Positions 38,230 through 50,975 are shown, counted from the first letter of the stretch. The stretch is DNA of 64,000 nt from Blasia pusilla (GCA_050084515.1 CM114271.1:42780001-42844000), one strand, 5' to 3'. A program made the numbers and translations. Notes: generated by a model from the letters alone, not told the origin.

Positions 38230-38760
38230 CTTGGTGCTCGCCACAACTTGATAGCCTCAAGCTTGTCATGACCGGGTCATATGCCTTTTTTTATTAACGT
38301 GTGTCTCGAGAATTCCACTTCTTGGACCATGAAGCAACACTTAGAAGGTTTTATGAACAATTTGTTCTTCCTCTAACACCCCAAGACTTCTTTGAGAAGA
38401 AAATTATGTTCTTATTGGGTCATTGAATACATGAGGATGTCGCCAAAGAACACCACTACTTCCCTATCTAGCAAATCTTAAAAAATAGTATTCATGAGAG
38501 TCGTGAATGTAGTTAGCACATTGGTTAGTCTGAACAACATCACTAGGAACTCATAGGATCTGAATCTTGTCCTCATTGCAATCTTATGTTCATCCTCTTT
38601 TGCGATTAGGATGGGGTAATACCCTTGCCTTAGGTCTATCTTGGTAAAATACTTGGACCCTGCTACCGCATCGAACAAGTCATTTGCCAAAGAAAATGGA
38701 TACTTGTTCTTGATAATATTTTTGTTCAACGTCTTATAATCCATGCTCAAGCCCATTCTT
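38230..38760 (-). pseudogene. Ty3/Gypsy reverse transcriptase fragment
   Basis: MDYKTLNKNIIKNKYP...DLFD...YFTKIDLRQGYY...YEFLVMLFRLTN, then degenerate VVFFGDILMYS and KPSKCCF. Confidence 0.85.
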
Positions 38761-40249
38761 CTTTGAGATGAAAATTAGTTATGACTCACTATTGCAATAC
38801 ATGTGTGACAAACCTTGATTTATGATCTCCTTTATTTATTCTTGTCGTACATGACACGTTCAACTATATATGTGATAGTTTGAATACCTTAGACACCTTG
38901 TGCAAATGGAAAATCTTGCTTTCAACTCATTGAAACTAGTAGGAAAGAGGGGGGGAAGGGAAGGATGATGCACCAATTTGAGTGTTGTCCTTCAAAGACA
39001 GGAAAACACTAGCCAACTTCTGCATTAGATAAGCTAGGGCAGTTGACTTTGAATTTGATTTTTGAGATGATAGGCTACTTGGTAGAGTTAGAGATCCTAT
39101 TGAGAACCTAATTGAGGTTAGTAAACTTGAAGGAAAGGTTTTTGTGATTGCACAGCAAGCTCCCGGTGTACGGGAGGACGGGGGATCACAATTGTGTCCT
39201 CGCATTTATCTATTGTCATTGTGTCTATCATAGAAGACATAATTATTGGGTCCCAATCATATACAGAAGCCACAACCTATGAGCAAGTAGTCATTACATT
39301 TCCTATCACGAGTTTGAGTCGCGCCTTATGTCTGAGGTGGCAGCAAAGAGTTGGAATAAGGAGTGTAGCAAATTTAGGACTCAATAAAGCGATAAGGATA
39401 CGATGAGCATAAATGGAGAGTATGGACTTGCGATGTGGGGCAAGATGTCTGAGGGCACCTAGGGTGCTTAGAGTGTTAGGAGACTTATGGAAATGTAGCT
39501 AATTCCCAAGTTTTAAAATCAATTGCAAATTTTTTTTGAAATTTCAAGACTAAGCATCTCAACAACCCTAGGCACAAGGAGAATTTTTATAAGAGACGGG
39601 ATCTGCCTAGTTCATTGATTTCTCCCAATTATATTATATAACAACCTCTATGGAATTATGAACATAACATTGCCACATGTTTAGGAATAATTGAGAAAAT
39701 GAATGCAGAGGTTGGGGGTGAGGCAATAGTTTTTTTTGTGACACCATCCGCCATAGATATGTAGCTTGCACAAAGGTCAGACCTTTTTAAGTTATGATGT
39801 ATAATCTTTGGCAAGCTGCACACAGATATGTGCCCAAGAAAGGGAAATTTGGAGGATAATCTACCACAACACTTGGTCAGTGGTGATCACTTGGATGCTC
39901 TTGACACTAGAGAGTTCATTGTCCCCCTTGCACTGAGGTCTAGGTAAAAGTGAAGACCAAAAAATCTAGATCTTAGGGATTTATTTTCGTCTCAAAATTC
40001 CATTACCAAATTTTGTAATCCTGATGGCTTCAAGGAAGAAAGCAGTTCAGGAAGAGGTGGGTTTGCTTCCTCCATTGATCCTAGAATAAGTTTTCTTTTT
40101 TGGGAATTTTGGGAGTCAAACATCCAATGGAGAGGAGAGTTGATGGATATGAAGGCCATATTGGATGATCACATAGGAGGAACTATTTGAGACTGTAAGC
40201 TTACCACTTCAACGCAAGTGTTCAACCCAAGTAGTAAGTCAATTATATG

Positions 40250-43200
40250 TATACAAGGTTTTTTTAGGCACAAGCTTTGCTCTATATTGTCACATAATGG
40301 AGGTGGTTTTGAGAACCTCACTTGCAGTAATTATGAATCCATTAAGTGGGAGGATGATTTTCGTGGTCAAGTGCAAAGGGAAGCGGAAGCATAGAGGAGG
40401 AAGGACAACTCAAAGAGGGATGGCCATGAAGCACTTGACCACGACAGAGTTGAGGGAGCATGTGGGAAAGTTGAACATTCGATTAAGGAGACAATGTTGG
40501 CTTTTGGCTCTAACATCACAACGAATTTGTGCCTTGAGTATTAGGTGAAAGAAACTAGAAGACATGTTAGGATCCGGAGTAGCTGCAAATAGGAAAATTT
40601 TGAGACAATTTCTCAGGAACATAGTGAATAGACATAGAGATGGGGCATTTGGTGGTAAGGAGGGGTTGTGGGATTTCTCCAAAGATTTGGCTAAGAATTT
40701 GTAAAGAGTGTTCAAGGTTTATTGTTATAATAAAAAAACCAAAGTCTTTTCCCAAGCCATATTTCAGTTTGGGAGTGGGCAAGTTGCCCACTACTTTTAG
40801 GAAAACTTGGGAGGGGAAAATGTGAAGACCTTGAAACGTGACAAAGAAAAAAATACCACCCTTGAGAGTTGGGGTGAGAAAAAGAGATATTCAAAGAGGT
40901 CTCCCGAGTACTACTTGCATCAGAACAACTAATTGGAATTGAGGAAGATATACCTTTAATGTTCGTTGAGGATGAAACAAGGATAAAAGAAAGGCCAATG
41001 TGTATTTGAATCTTTGGAGTCACTTCACCTTGATATATAGATATATGGGTATGCACTATCATGATGGTTATACTACTTTGCACATTTATTTGTCATGTCT
41101 ATTGTTCTTTATTGGGCTTGTGTTCTAACTTGATATTGTTGTTGTGATAGATGGGAGGCTAAATATGAGACTTTGATTGGTTTTTTCCGTCCCTCGGAAA
41201 AACATACATGCAAGTATACATGCTCTTTTGGCTTGGAAGTACTTTTTGGGGAAGATAATAGAGATATGACAAAATTGTGAGTATTTTTTAGAAATATGTC
41301 AAAGGTATGTATGCTACAATAGTACTTGTGAATCCTTTGCATGAGAAAATGACAAAATTGGAGCTTTATGCCACCGCAACTTATAATCGATTCAAAGCAG
41401 ACAAGGTGAGAGAGCATTTGGTGCAACTGAAATCCATTTGGGATAAATATTGCACAACAGATGTTGGTCCTATATTGTGGAATGCTTGTGATGGTGATGC
41501 TCATCGTAGGAAATTAATGATGGAAGATTATACTGATGTGAATGGTTCTTTTCCAAGGTACAAGGTAGGGTGGGAAGGGTGGTAGTACTTTATGTCCATT
41601 CTTCCAAATGGATACTTGTATGGCTTTGGAGATATCACGTCTTTTAGGATAGATCGGTGAGATGTAGTAGAGCGCCTTCATGAGTAGTGGATGACAAGCT
41701 CAATAGGTCGAGGATGACCTGTTGAGGCCCTAGGAAATCTAAGAGAGTAGGTTTCCCCTTCGTTTCGGCTCATTTGGAGCCATATTGAAAAACTTACTAT
41801 TTTAGGTAAGTACCCTTTTGAGTATATGCTTGAGTTTCTATTTTTGGTAAATGGCCTTTGACCTCCTACATCAGGTCAAGAGCCAAGGAGGTGACTTGGG
41901 AGAATAGGTTACCATGGAGAGAGCTTGGGAGAGGGGAGGGGTATACCTCAAGGAGAGAGAGCTTGAGAGCTCATTCTCTCTTTGTTGAACCTCTTGGCAT
42001 GAGGCGGCGGAGCTATGGTACCTTGCCTTGTGAGTGTAACCCAAGCCACTCATTAGGAGAGTGGGTTTGGTTTGACATGAGAGAGAGTGCACACCTTTGA
42101 GAGCTATGGTGTGAGATGGTGTAGAGAGAGATTGGATCTTACTTTATTGGATATATTTTAGTACTTCTAGTCTCGTTGTTTGGATGCCATGAGTTTGCAT
42201 GGGATCTTGCGTGTGTGTTCGGTGACAACAATGCATATTGTGTAGCGATGTGTATGCGCACGACAGAGACCAAGATCCACCACACAATGGCAAAAAGGGT
42301 ATTAACCCATTTGATAGATGTGCTTCTATGCTAGTGTTTGGTGACCAACATGTGTCATTGTCTTACATGACATCTATTTATAACCATTATAAAATTGAGG
42401 AGCATCGCTTGAATTGGGATGATTTGAATAGGACCGACACGCAAAATTGGACTAGCCCACAACGGATAGCATCCATGAGAGTGCAAGCCAGGCTACACCA
42501 CATGTTTGAGCGGCAAGATGTTTGACATAATAGAAGCTTTGACATAATAGAAGCTTTGGGACTAAGTTGTACCTTGAGATTTTTGCAAATTACATTGACA
42601 TTTTCTTCTCTGTTAAGCATGACTTGCAAACTCGTATAGTATTGGCATTTAAGGTATCTTGGTTTCACCATTTATGGAGGCTATGGTTGAGATATGATGA
42701 CCATTCTATGACGGGGAATACGTGATGTGTCACATGAAAAGCCTGAATAGAGACATGATCTATATTCATGCTTTTCATGATATCAACATATGCATGTCTT
42801 GTCATTTAATTGTACTCTTAATTTGTGCATTTTGAGACAAGTTTCCATATTTGCAAGTTCCACTTTACTTGCTAGGATCTCATTGTTGTGAGAATTTTTT
42901 CAACAAGGTAGGTGGCATGAGTGGTCATGAAAGAAACTATGATTTTGGATATCTATTAGATAGTGGAGTAGGAGTGAATCAACTGGTTGGCTTAGAGTAT
43001 GAACCAGAAGGATTAAAGATACGTTGCTTTCATCATAAGCAAGATCATGTTTGGGCAAAATTTCATCCTCTTAGTAAGGGAGATCAGGCTCCAAATCTAT
43101 TTTGATTATTCATTGGTTGGCACTAATGAGCTCATTGTTGATGCTCTTAAAGAAGGGTTGGATGCAACAAAAGAGCTTTTGCGGTTGTTGAACATGTCTC

Positions 43201-44190
43201 CAAGGAGTTCCTTGCCAACTGCAAAAAGAAGGTGGTGGGTGCATCCTTGGGATGTGGAGGCTGAGACATGGCATGATTCAGCTTCAATATGGGAGGTAGT
43301 CTCGTGTGATTATGTCAAAGAACATGAAGATTACCAATCCACGATAGGGTATCCAATATATAAGCAGCCAACTGGGGAGTTTTTGGAGTTTGAGAACCAT
43401 GAGTGGGATTGGAATTAGAATGATTCTTGGATTGTTGAGGAGAGTTGTGATATCAATGTGCCTTTCACAATAGATGACGAAGAGATAGATGTCGATATTG
43501 ACCCGGTATCCATTGAGGTGGAGATATTAGGACATGAAGTAAGGCATGTACTTGTATTTGCTCAAGCAAAATTGACTAATGTGGCAATTCCCCTTGAAAT
43601 AGTGTCTACTTTAACTCATGAGGGCAAGATTATCTATAAATCCACCCTTGTAAGTCGGTTGTCTTACAATCCTTTCATGTCAAAGTACATGCTAACTCGA
43701 ATAGCCCAAAAGACATATTACACTATTGAAAAGGGAAAGGAATGTGATCCCAATTGTGCAACTTGTTTCGTTGATGTTGGTAGTGATATAGAAGTTTTGT
43801 TTGATTCTGAAGCAGACGTTGGCCCTTCCTCAAGATCAAAAAAGTCAAAGAAAAGGAAGGGAAAAGAGACACAACTTGAAATGGTGTAGGAGTTGCAAAA
43901 AGAAGGGTTAACATTGGTCAAGACGTCGTAAGGCCTTGGACTTTTTGGATAGGCATGTACCTCCTCTTGGACAGAAGGGAAGCATTTTTTGTGTTATGTG
44001 TAATTGGTACAAGTCTTCTAGCCATGGTAACAACAAAACCTTGTTCATATATGATGCAATAGATGTGCAATGGATTGGTATTGAAATGATGATTTCTAAT
44101 GTGAACTGGACAATGAAATCAGGGATACAAGATAGAGTATATATAATAGATCCATCTGACTTAAATGATTTGACTACATACATTCAAAGT
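40250..44190 (+). mobile_element. Degenerate DDE transposase, P-element/THAP9-like, interrupted by a solo repeat
   Basis: Ordered motifs: IPLMFVEDET (40950-40979), LVNPLH, ACDGDAHRR, GFG-D-QDPPHNGKK (DxxH; rejoined after removing 41633-42269), DTQNW...QRI, LLGSHCCENFF. Many stops. TIRs not found; boundaries approximate. Confidence 0.6.
41633..42265 (+). mobile_element. Solo A+B terminal unit of the DNMT-Gypsy family
   Basis: Homologous to 54691-55333. Ends T(G>A)TCACG...CACGACA with 4-bp TSD GAGA (41629-41632 and 42266-42269). Removing it restores the host transposase frame GFGDQDPPH. Confidence 0.92.
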
Positions 44191-45018
44191 TGTTTATGTT
44201 TGAGACATGTTGGATTCAATCCTTTTGTGGATTGTGCTTACAATATAGTTGACGCTATTGAACTATGAGTAGGATAGTGGGAGGGAGTAGACTAGGGGGA
44301 TGGGAGATTGGCTGACTGAGCTTCTTGCTAAATTAGGAGTTCAATTCCCCTCTATCATAGTGCAAGGACAATATGTTGGATGTTAATTACGGCCTCTACA
44401 AGTGTCGTGTGTTATAAATTCTTGGTCCTGGCGGCTCTACGTTGTGGTTTGTAGTTTTGGATGGAGAGGCCATCTAGCGGTGACTCTATGCTACGTGTCA
44501 CTACAAGAATGGCCATACTAGGAACTAGATCCTCTAGACCAAGAGCATCCTAGGGCAAGCCTTGCGGCTCTGCTCCCTGACGCCGCGTGCGGAAGTTTGG
44601 CAGCCATCTCCACAATATTCTCACGCTCGATCTGCTTTGCTTCATAATATCGGCCGTAGAGCTAGCACGTTTGGTCTGTTACTTCTTGGTTTGTGCGATG
44701 GAAGTCTCGAGAATGGTACGCTTTGCACTAAACTTCCAAGCTCCCACCCTGACACTCTGCCTGCCAATTGCATTTGCTAGTTTGGGCGCTCAATGTGGTT
44801 TTCCTTTCCATCTCCTTTCATTGACCGACAGAGCTTCTGATTTCATCCGAATCTGCTCTTGCGCTCTTGATCAGTTACCTTGGCGCAAGTCACTCTTGGT
44901 CCTGGACTTTGGATTAGCCCATTTTACATTCAACAACTCTTTGTCTTTGTTACGCTGTGGTGCTCATCAAGTTAGTTATCGCCGCTTGAGCAGTTCCGGT
45001 ATTTTTCGAGATCGCTGC

Positions 45019-45516
45019 TGTCACGTCTTTTAGGATAGATCGGTGAGATCTAAAAGAGCGCCTTCGTGAGACACGCCCAGTAGGTTGAGGGTGACCTGCT
45101 GAGGCCCTTGGAAACCTGAGATAGCAGGTTTCCCCTTCGTTTCGGCTCATTTGGGGCCATATTGAAGAACTTATTATTTTAGGTAAGTACCATTTTGAGT
45201 ATATGATCGACTTACTATTTTTGGTAAGTGGCCCTTGACCTCCTACACCAGGTCAAGAGCCAAGGAGGTGACTTGGGAGAATAGGTTACCATGGAGAGAG
45301 CTTGGGAGGGGTATACCTCAAGGAGAGAGAGCTTGAGAGCTCATTCTCTCTTTATTGAACCTCTTGGCATGAGGCGGCGGAGCTATGGTACCTTGCCTTG
45401 TGAGTGTAACCCAAGCCTTTCATTAGGAGAGTGGGTTTGGTTTGACATGAGAGAGAGTGCACACCTTTGAGAGCTATGGTGTGAGATGGTGGAGAGAGAG
45501 ATTGGATCTTACTTTA
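45019..45516 (+). repeat. Repeat A1
   Basis: Matches 54691-55204 with scattered substitutions and two short deletions. Homology stops at GGATCTTACTTTA and is not followed by B. Confidence 0.95.
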
Positions 45517-45531
45517 CAAAGAGAGAATGAG
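45516..45531 (+). promoter_or_regulatory. Putative self-priming PBS
   Basis: ACAAAGAGAGAATGAG is the reverse complement of CTCATTCTCTCTTTGT inside repeat A (16/16 at 55028-55043 and 41970-41985; 15/16 at 45340-45355). That site lies ~28 bp downstream of a TATA-like GTATACC (45311). Confidence 0.7.
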
Positions 45532-46084
45532 AGAGTGAGAGAGATTTATGGGGGAGCTCGCTGGTCACTCGCATTTTTTGCAGGTTGGGGATTGTGTTCC
45601 CCGTTCAGCGGCTCATGGGAGTGCTCACCGGAGCAAGGACTGCTTTCATTATTCTTTGCATTTGCCGATTTTTCGTGTGGAAGAGTGGTGCGCGGAAGCG
45701 CTGCCCATATTTCTGATAGGGATTGAGTATGGGGGCGGGTTGCCCCATGCTGGTGCTCTCGGGAGCACCATGTAGCTTGCTGATTTGTATTTTTACAGAT
45801 GTTACATTTTCGTTGGGAGAAATCAGCGCGGGAGCGTTGCCGAATTTTGTGTAGGAGAAAGAGACATTGGGCTTTACGACAGTCCCCGTCAGTTTTTATT
45901 GAAATGTCCGATTCTAAATATTTTTTAATTCTGGCGTAGATTGTGAAGCTGTGCACGCTGTGCAATAAACAGTGGACAATTTGGAGTTGCGAGCAAAAAG
46001 TTATGGTCAATCTTGTAAAGCTGCCATTGCTAGGCGATTTTTAGGGTTAAATTGTGCAAACCCTAAATCAGCCGCCACACCGGC

Positions 46085-46270
46085 GGTGGCGGTCGCCATC
46101 ATAGTCACCATCACCGTTCGACGGTCAACCATCACCATCACCGTCGATAGTCAACCGTCATAGTCAACGGTCAACCATCGCCGTCGACGGTCAACCGTCA
46201 TCGTCATCGGTCGGCCGTCACCATCAGCGGTCAACCGTCACTGTCAACGGTCCACCGTCCATTGTCCACC
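46085..46270 (+). repeat. Low-complexity CCGTCA/CGGTCAAC short tandem array in the element's 5' UTR
   Basis: Reiterated CACCATCACCGT, ACGGTCAACC and CCGTCATC motifs. Confidence 0.8.
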
Positions 46271-47060
46271 CTTTGGGTGCCTTTGCCGCCATTACGGAGT
46301 GGAGGGTCTTCCACGACGTTCGTTGATTCCTTGACTTGGGTCGCCACCACGTACTTTGTTTTGGCCGCCACCGTCATCGCAGTTTCTTCATCAACCAGTG
46401 ATGGCATATGACCTCCGGTTATGGTGTTTGAGTTTTGATTTCATGCTGCTATGTTGTGATTGGTAGCCGCTTGATGACGATCGAGTATCGTGCCGCTCGT
46501 GGCCGCACCGCACCGTCTCGATCGCGGAGCCGCACCGTCATTGTGGAGCAGAGTGGGGGATTATTATTGATTGAGGAGGGTATGCCGCCGAGTGCCGCAT
46601 CCCACCATCGAGGGCCGTGCCGTTCGTAGCCGTTCCGTGCCGCCTGCAACGCCGCACCGTTCCGTTGGGACCGCACTATCTATCGAGGAGTTTTGAGCAG
46701 CATCAGTACGGGAGGAGTATGACTTGCTGATTGGAGGAGTTGTCTCCACGATCGAGTTGGGGTCGAGATTTGCAGTTGCTGAGGAGCGACATCGACATGT
46801 GTTCAGGTTACCCATTCTGGTCCTTTACCCTACAGGTGTGAGGGATTCTAGGATTTATTTGGGGATATTGGGTGTGTGGATGCTGAGAGCATCATTTATG
46901 TATGTGGTTTAGGGGACATAGACTTGTGTGGGATGTCCGGAGTTGAAGGTAGGTTGTCGATGAGATGATAGCTTGGTCGATTTGCCGCACCACGCCGCGT
47001 GTTGCCGCACGTTACACGTCTCGGGGAGAGAGAGTGTAGATCAAGTGCCGCATGTTTGGG

Positions 47061-48400
47061 ATGAGTGATTGAGGGATTCCTCACGAAGTTCAGAGTGATC
47101 AGGTGAGAGGGGCACGAGGGTCATCACGCAGTCCGTTCGGGACTTTGAGAGGCGAGGTGGTGAACCCGAGAGTAGCTCTAGAGGTTTTACGCGGAGTGGC
47201 GCGAGGTTCCGAGGGTCTCCACGTGAGGGACCACCTCGACCTCCTTCTGTGTCATCGTCAGACGAGGGGGAGGGTGTAGAGGAGTTTGTGAGCACATTGC
47301 CACACTTTGTGAGTGGTCCTACCAGTTGGGCGTACGAGATGGACGACCGGGGTAGAGGACGCGAGGTTTTCAGTGCGATGAGGCACGATTGAGTTGCACG
47401 ATTTTATAGCAGAGTTTAGGAGTTGGTGCAACTCCCAGCGGGCCAGGAACTCTAGAGAGTTCAACCCATTTACAACATGGAACGGTATGTTCCAGCATTT
47501 AGAGGGGGCGCCCGTGGACGATTACCATGAGTTCTCTCAGAGATATGCATGTGAGGTCGAGGCGTGGAGGCTCTACTATGACCCACATTATGTGTCATGG
47601 ACGGAGCCGTTCCCAGATGAAGAGGAGGAGTCGGGAGAGGCTACTTCCTCTTCCACTAGTGACGTTTTAGGAGGGGTCACTCGCACGGGAGCACTTGCAC
47701 CGTCTAGTCGGGTTCGTCCCAGGTTCAACCCTGTGGTTGAGTTCTTTGTTGAGTTGAGGGCGAGCTACCAAGGGGTACGGATGGAGAAGTTGCGGAGCAT
47801 CCACGACTTCCAGAGGCGCCCGGGTGAGAGTTTGCGTGAGGCTTACACTCGCTTGCGCCGGTTGATCAACGTCACTCAGGGGGTGACAGAGACTCAGGCT
47901 ATCCAGTCATGGTACGCGATGCTGGACCAGACCCTACGGACACAGGTGTGGGAGGGGGTGATTCTTATGAACACCTCCCCTACGTTGAGAGATGTTTTTA
48001 GGACCGTTGAGAACATTGAGCGCAACATGGCGGAGGAGATCGTAGCCACCATGGGTTTTGGGCGAGAGCAGTCACGATTGTCTGCACCACCCGTGCAGCA
48101 ACGTGGACTCCGAGATAGGTCGACTGTGGCACCACGAGCTCAGGGAGGATATCGGGAGACCGTGCCACAGAGACCTACGCCTTCATATGCGGCTCAACAG
48201 TAGCTGCCTACTATTACTTGTTGGTCATGTGGTGGAGCCCATCATCAGCGCGATTGCACTCGTTAGGGTCATGGACGTGTGCCTCAGCATGGAGGAGGAG
48301 ATGGTCTTTGCACAGGAGGTTATCAGTGTGACTATAGTCGAGGTATGGTCATACACACGCCAGGTGTTTCAGTTTACATCCTGAGTTACGTCCGGACCGA
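47061..48400 (+). pseudogene. Gag (retrotransposon gag domain + zinc knuckles)
   Basis: ATG 47061 is in frame with ORF 47394-48203 (FFVELRASYQG...DFQRRPGESLREAYTRLRRL). CWSCGGAHHQRDC at ~48219-48257, plus a second degenerate knuckle. In-frame stops present. Confidence 0.8.
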
Positions 48401-49089
48401 GGGCCAGAGAGGGCACCAGAGCGAGTAGCCGGTCCGGGTGCACCTAGAGATCGTGCACCAGGTGGTCCCGTTGGGGGACGAGGAGCTGGAGTTGCCCGAC
48501 AGGGTGGTGGAGCTGCTCATGGAGGAGGTAGAGTACCACCACCTAGACGCGCCGAGGGAGATGCCGGACGTGAGGCTGGGATGGTCGCTCGAAAGACCTC
48601 TGAGGAGCGATTGCCGCTATGGCATTGAGGTTACCCGATGCCGGATCCGTGGCATCGACATCATATGGAGCATCCAGAGATCTCGAGGATCTTGGATGGA
48701 TGTGTGGGGTTGCCCAGATGGAGGCCACCGCAGTTGTGACGCGTGGAGCAGCCGCAGAGTTGGATCCACAACGAGGGGAAGCCAGAAGACAGACTAGGCT
48801 TCCTCAGTCTTTCATGTTGTCCGAAGCGAAGAGGATCCCATCGCTGGGTCCTCATCAAAGTTCCTCGAGAGTTGGTGATGTTATTGGTGTGCAGGCACGA
48901 AGGGCAATGGGAGAAGCGAGTGCAACGACTCCTATTGTTGATGCTCAGGAGGGGCATGTGTCGAGCACGTTGTTGGGGGCGGCCACCGTTGTGTACCGCA
49001 CTCCTTTATTTTCTGCTTCGATGTTATGACGTTGGGGGGTACGCCCGCCAAGGCTTGGCTGGCTGGCCGCTTCACTATGTGAGCGCGAG

Positions 49090-49640
49090 TTGGAGTTCTG
49101 CATCACGTTCAGAGGTGATTGCAGAGGAGGTGATGGACCTGCCCTTGAGCGGATGCTCGGGCCGCCCACGTCGATTCATGGTAGGTCGGTCGCTAGGATG
49201 GCGGAGATGCCCGCTAGACCCGCGATAGAGCGTGCCATGGCTTCTCCTGGTGTTGTGTTGCTGGATAACCGAGGAGAGGTCTTCCAATTGGTGAGTCCTG
49301 GAGGTAGAGCTTTTAGTCCGCAGCGTGTCTTGTTGGATTCAGGAGCGCAACCCTTGATGTTGGGGAAAGTGTCATTCAGAGGATTGGGCTTGACGAGAGC
49401 CGATGTGGAGCGTTGTCCATTTCGGATATAGACATCCTTGGGTGGAGCGAGTACCACACAGTATATCACCCGACAGGAGGTCGTGGTGAGGATTCGCCCG
49501 GGACATCCTACAGATGAGTCCGTGGTGCGCGCCAAGGTGATAGTGACTGATGCAGAGTCCTACGACGTCTTGGTTGGTAGAGCAGTGTGTACCCGATGGG
49601 GTTTTCCCTGGATTATTGGGAGGAGTCAGCGTCCTACAGA
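49090..49640 (+). pseudogene. Aspartic protease
   Basis: RVLLDSGAQPLMLG catalytic motif (~49324-49365) and YDVLVG C-terminal motif. Confidence 0.85.
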
Positions 49641-50039
49641 CCAGGATGGCAGTTAGGTGATGGGCGCCTTAGCTCATTACCCGTTCGATTCACAGGTGCA
49701 GTGATCGAGCAACGGCCAGGAGAGATGGCGACCTTAGCAGCATTTAGCAGTGCCATCACTTGGCCTAGTGATTTGATTGAGGGACATGTCCATGCAGAGG
49801 ATACTCCCGTTCCTGACATTTCTATGGAGAGGAGTGTTATGGTAGCTGCATCATTCCGTGGAGGAGAGGTGCCGCTGTGGGGCTCGACTGAGGAGCTTCA
49901 ATGATTGGCAGATGAGCACGTGCAGACCGCGTGGAGCGAGGCGTTTGCACCAGAGCGTGACGGGTCTGAGGAACCCGAGGTAGCAGGGAGTGCTACGATG
50001 ACACCCTTGGATACCACAACCATTGTGTGGTGTACCCCG

Positions 50040-50975
50040 GAGGAGGGTATTTGAGTGTTAGATCTCTTTGGAGGGATTAGCACCGGGTTAGCTGCTGTTT
50101 TGCAGGCAGGAGTGCGAGTACAGCAGTACCTGTCTGTGGAGAGTGATGATGTTGCACGACGCGTCTCACTATGACATGTGTCGCAATTACGCCTACGTTT
50201 TCCCGACTTATTGTCTGCGTCCGCAGTACAGGGGTACCAGAGTTCCCTACCGAGGGATATTTTGTTGTTGGGGGCGCAGGACTTAGAGCGGGTAGTGACC
50301 ATTGATTTGGTCATTTCCGGTTGGCCATGTCAGGGCCAATCAAGTGCTGGACGAGGCAGCGGGTTGGCTGACACTCGGTCCAGGTTGTTTTGGGAGATGT
50401 TGAGGGTCTTACGGCAGTTGCAGGAGCACCAGTCTCGTTCTCCAGCCTACATTCTGGAGAATGTGCCGATCTTAGGAGACTCCAGGTCACGGATCATGAC
50501 GAGTGCTCATCAGGTGCGTGCCTGGATCGGCCTAGCAGTGTTCTTGGATGCGGCGAGTGTAGGTTCTAGAGCCCATCGCCCGCGTCTATGGTGGGCCACT
50601 TGGTGCCCCATGCGGTGTTATGGAGGGCGTATGCGAGAGTGGAGCGCCCCTCCCCTTTGTTAGTGGATTCCATTTCGATCCGGTCGCCGATCACAGCAAG
50701 CGGTGAGGCACGATGATCGACCACCGCCGTTGGTCAACAGTAGTCAGGGTAGGCAGCGCCGTGGCGCGCCTTGCCCACGTTTGTGAGTTTTCCCGCTTCC
50801 TATGCATACAAGGAGGCCGGTCCTGGCTTGGTTTGGGATGACCAAGTTCAGCGGTTGGTGGAGCCCAACGCCGACGAGAGAGAGTGAGCGATGGGATTTC
50901 CCATAGGAGTGACGGCAGTACCATCATCATCGGAGAGGCATCACGACGCCATGTCTTGGGTCAGCGATGGACTGA
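50040..50975 (+). pseudogene. C5 DNA cytosine methyltransferase domain (DNMT3-like) within pol
   Basis: Motif I VLDLFGGI (50055), II SVE, IV GWPCQG (PCQ 50325-50333), VI ILENV (ENV 50457-50465), VIII AHRPRLWW, IX/X ERE*AMGFPIGVT...RRHVLG (~50877-50960). In-frame TGA stops at 50052 and 50172; indels after ~50600. Confidence 0.9.

Noticed and set aside
50040-50975. Bacterial restriction-modification methylase or host DRM/DNMT3 gene
   Set aside because: Intronless, in frame with retroelement pol between PR and RT, inside TSD-bounded termini; no partner nuclease.
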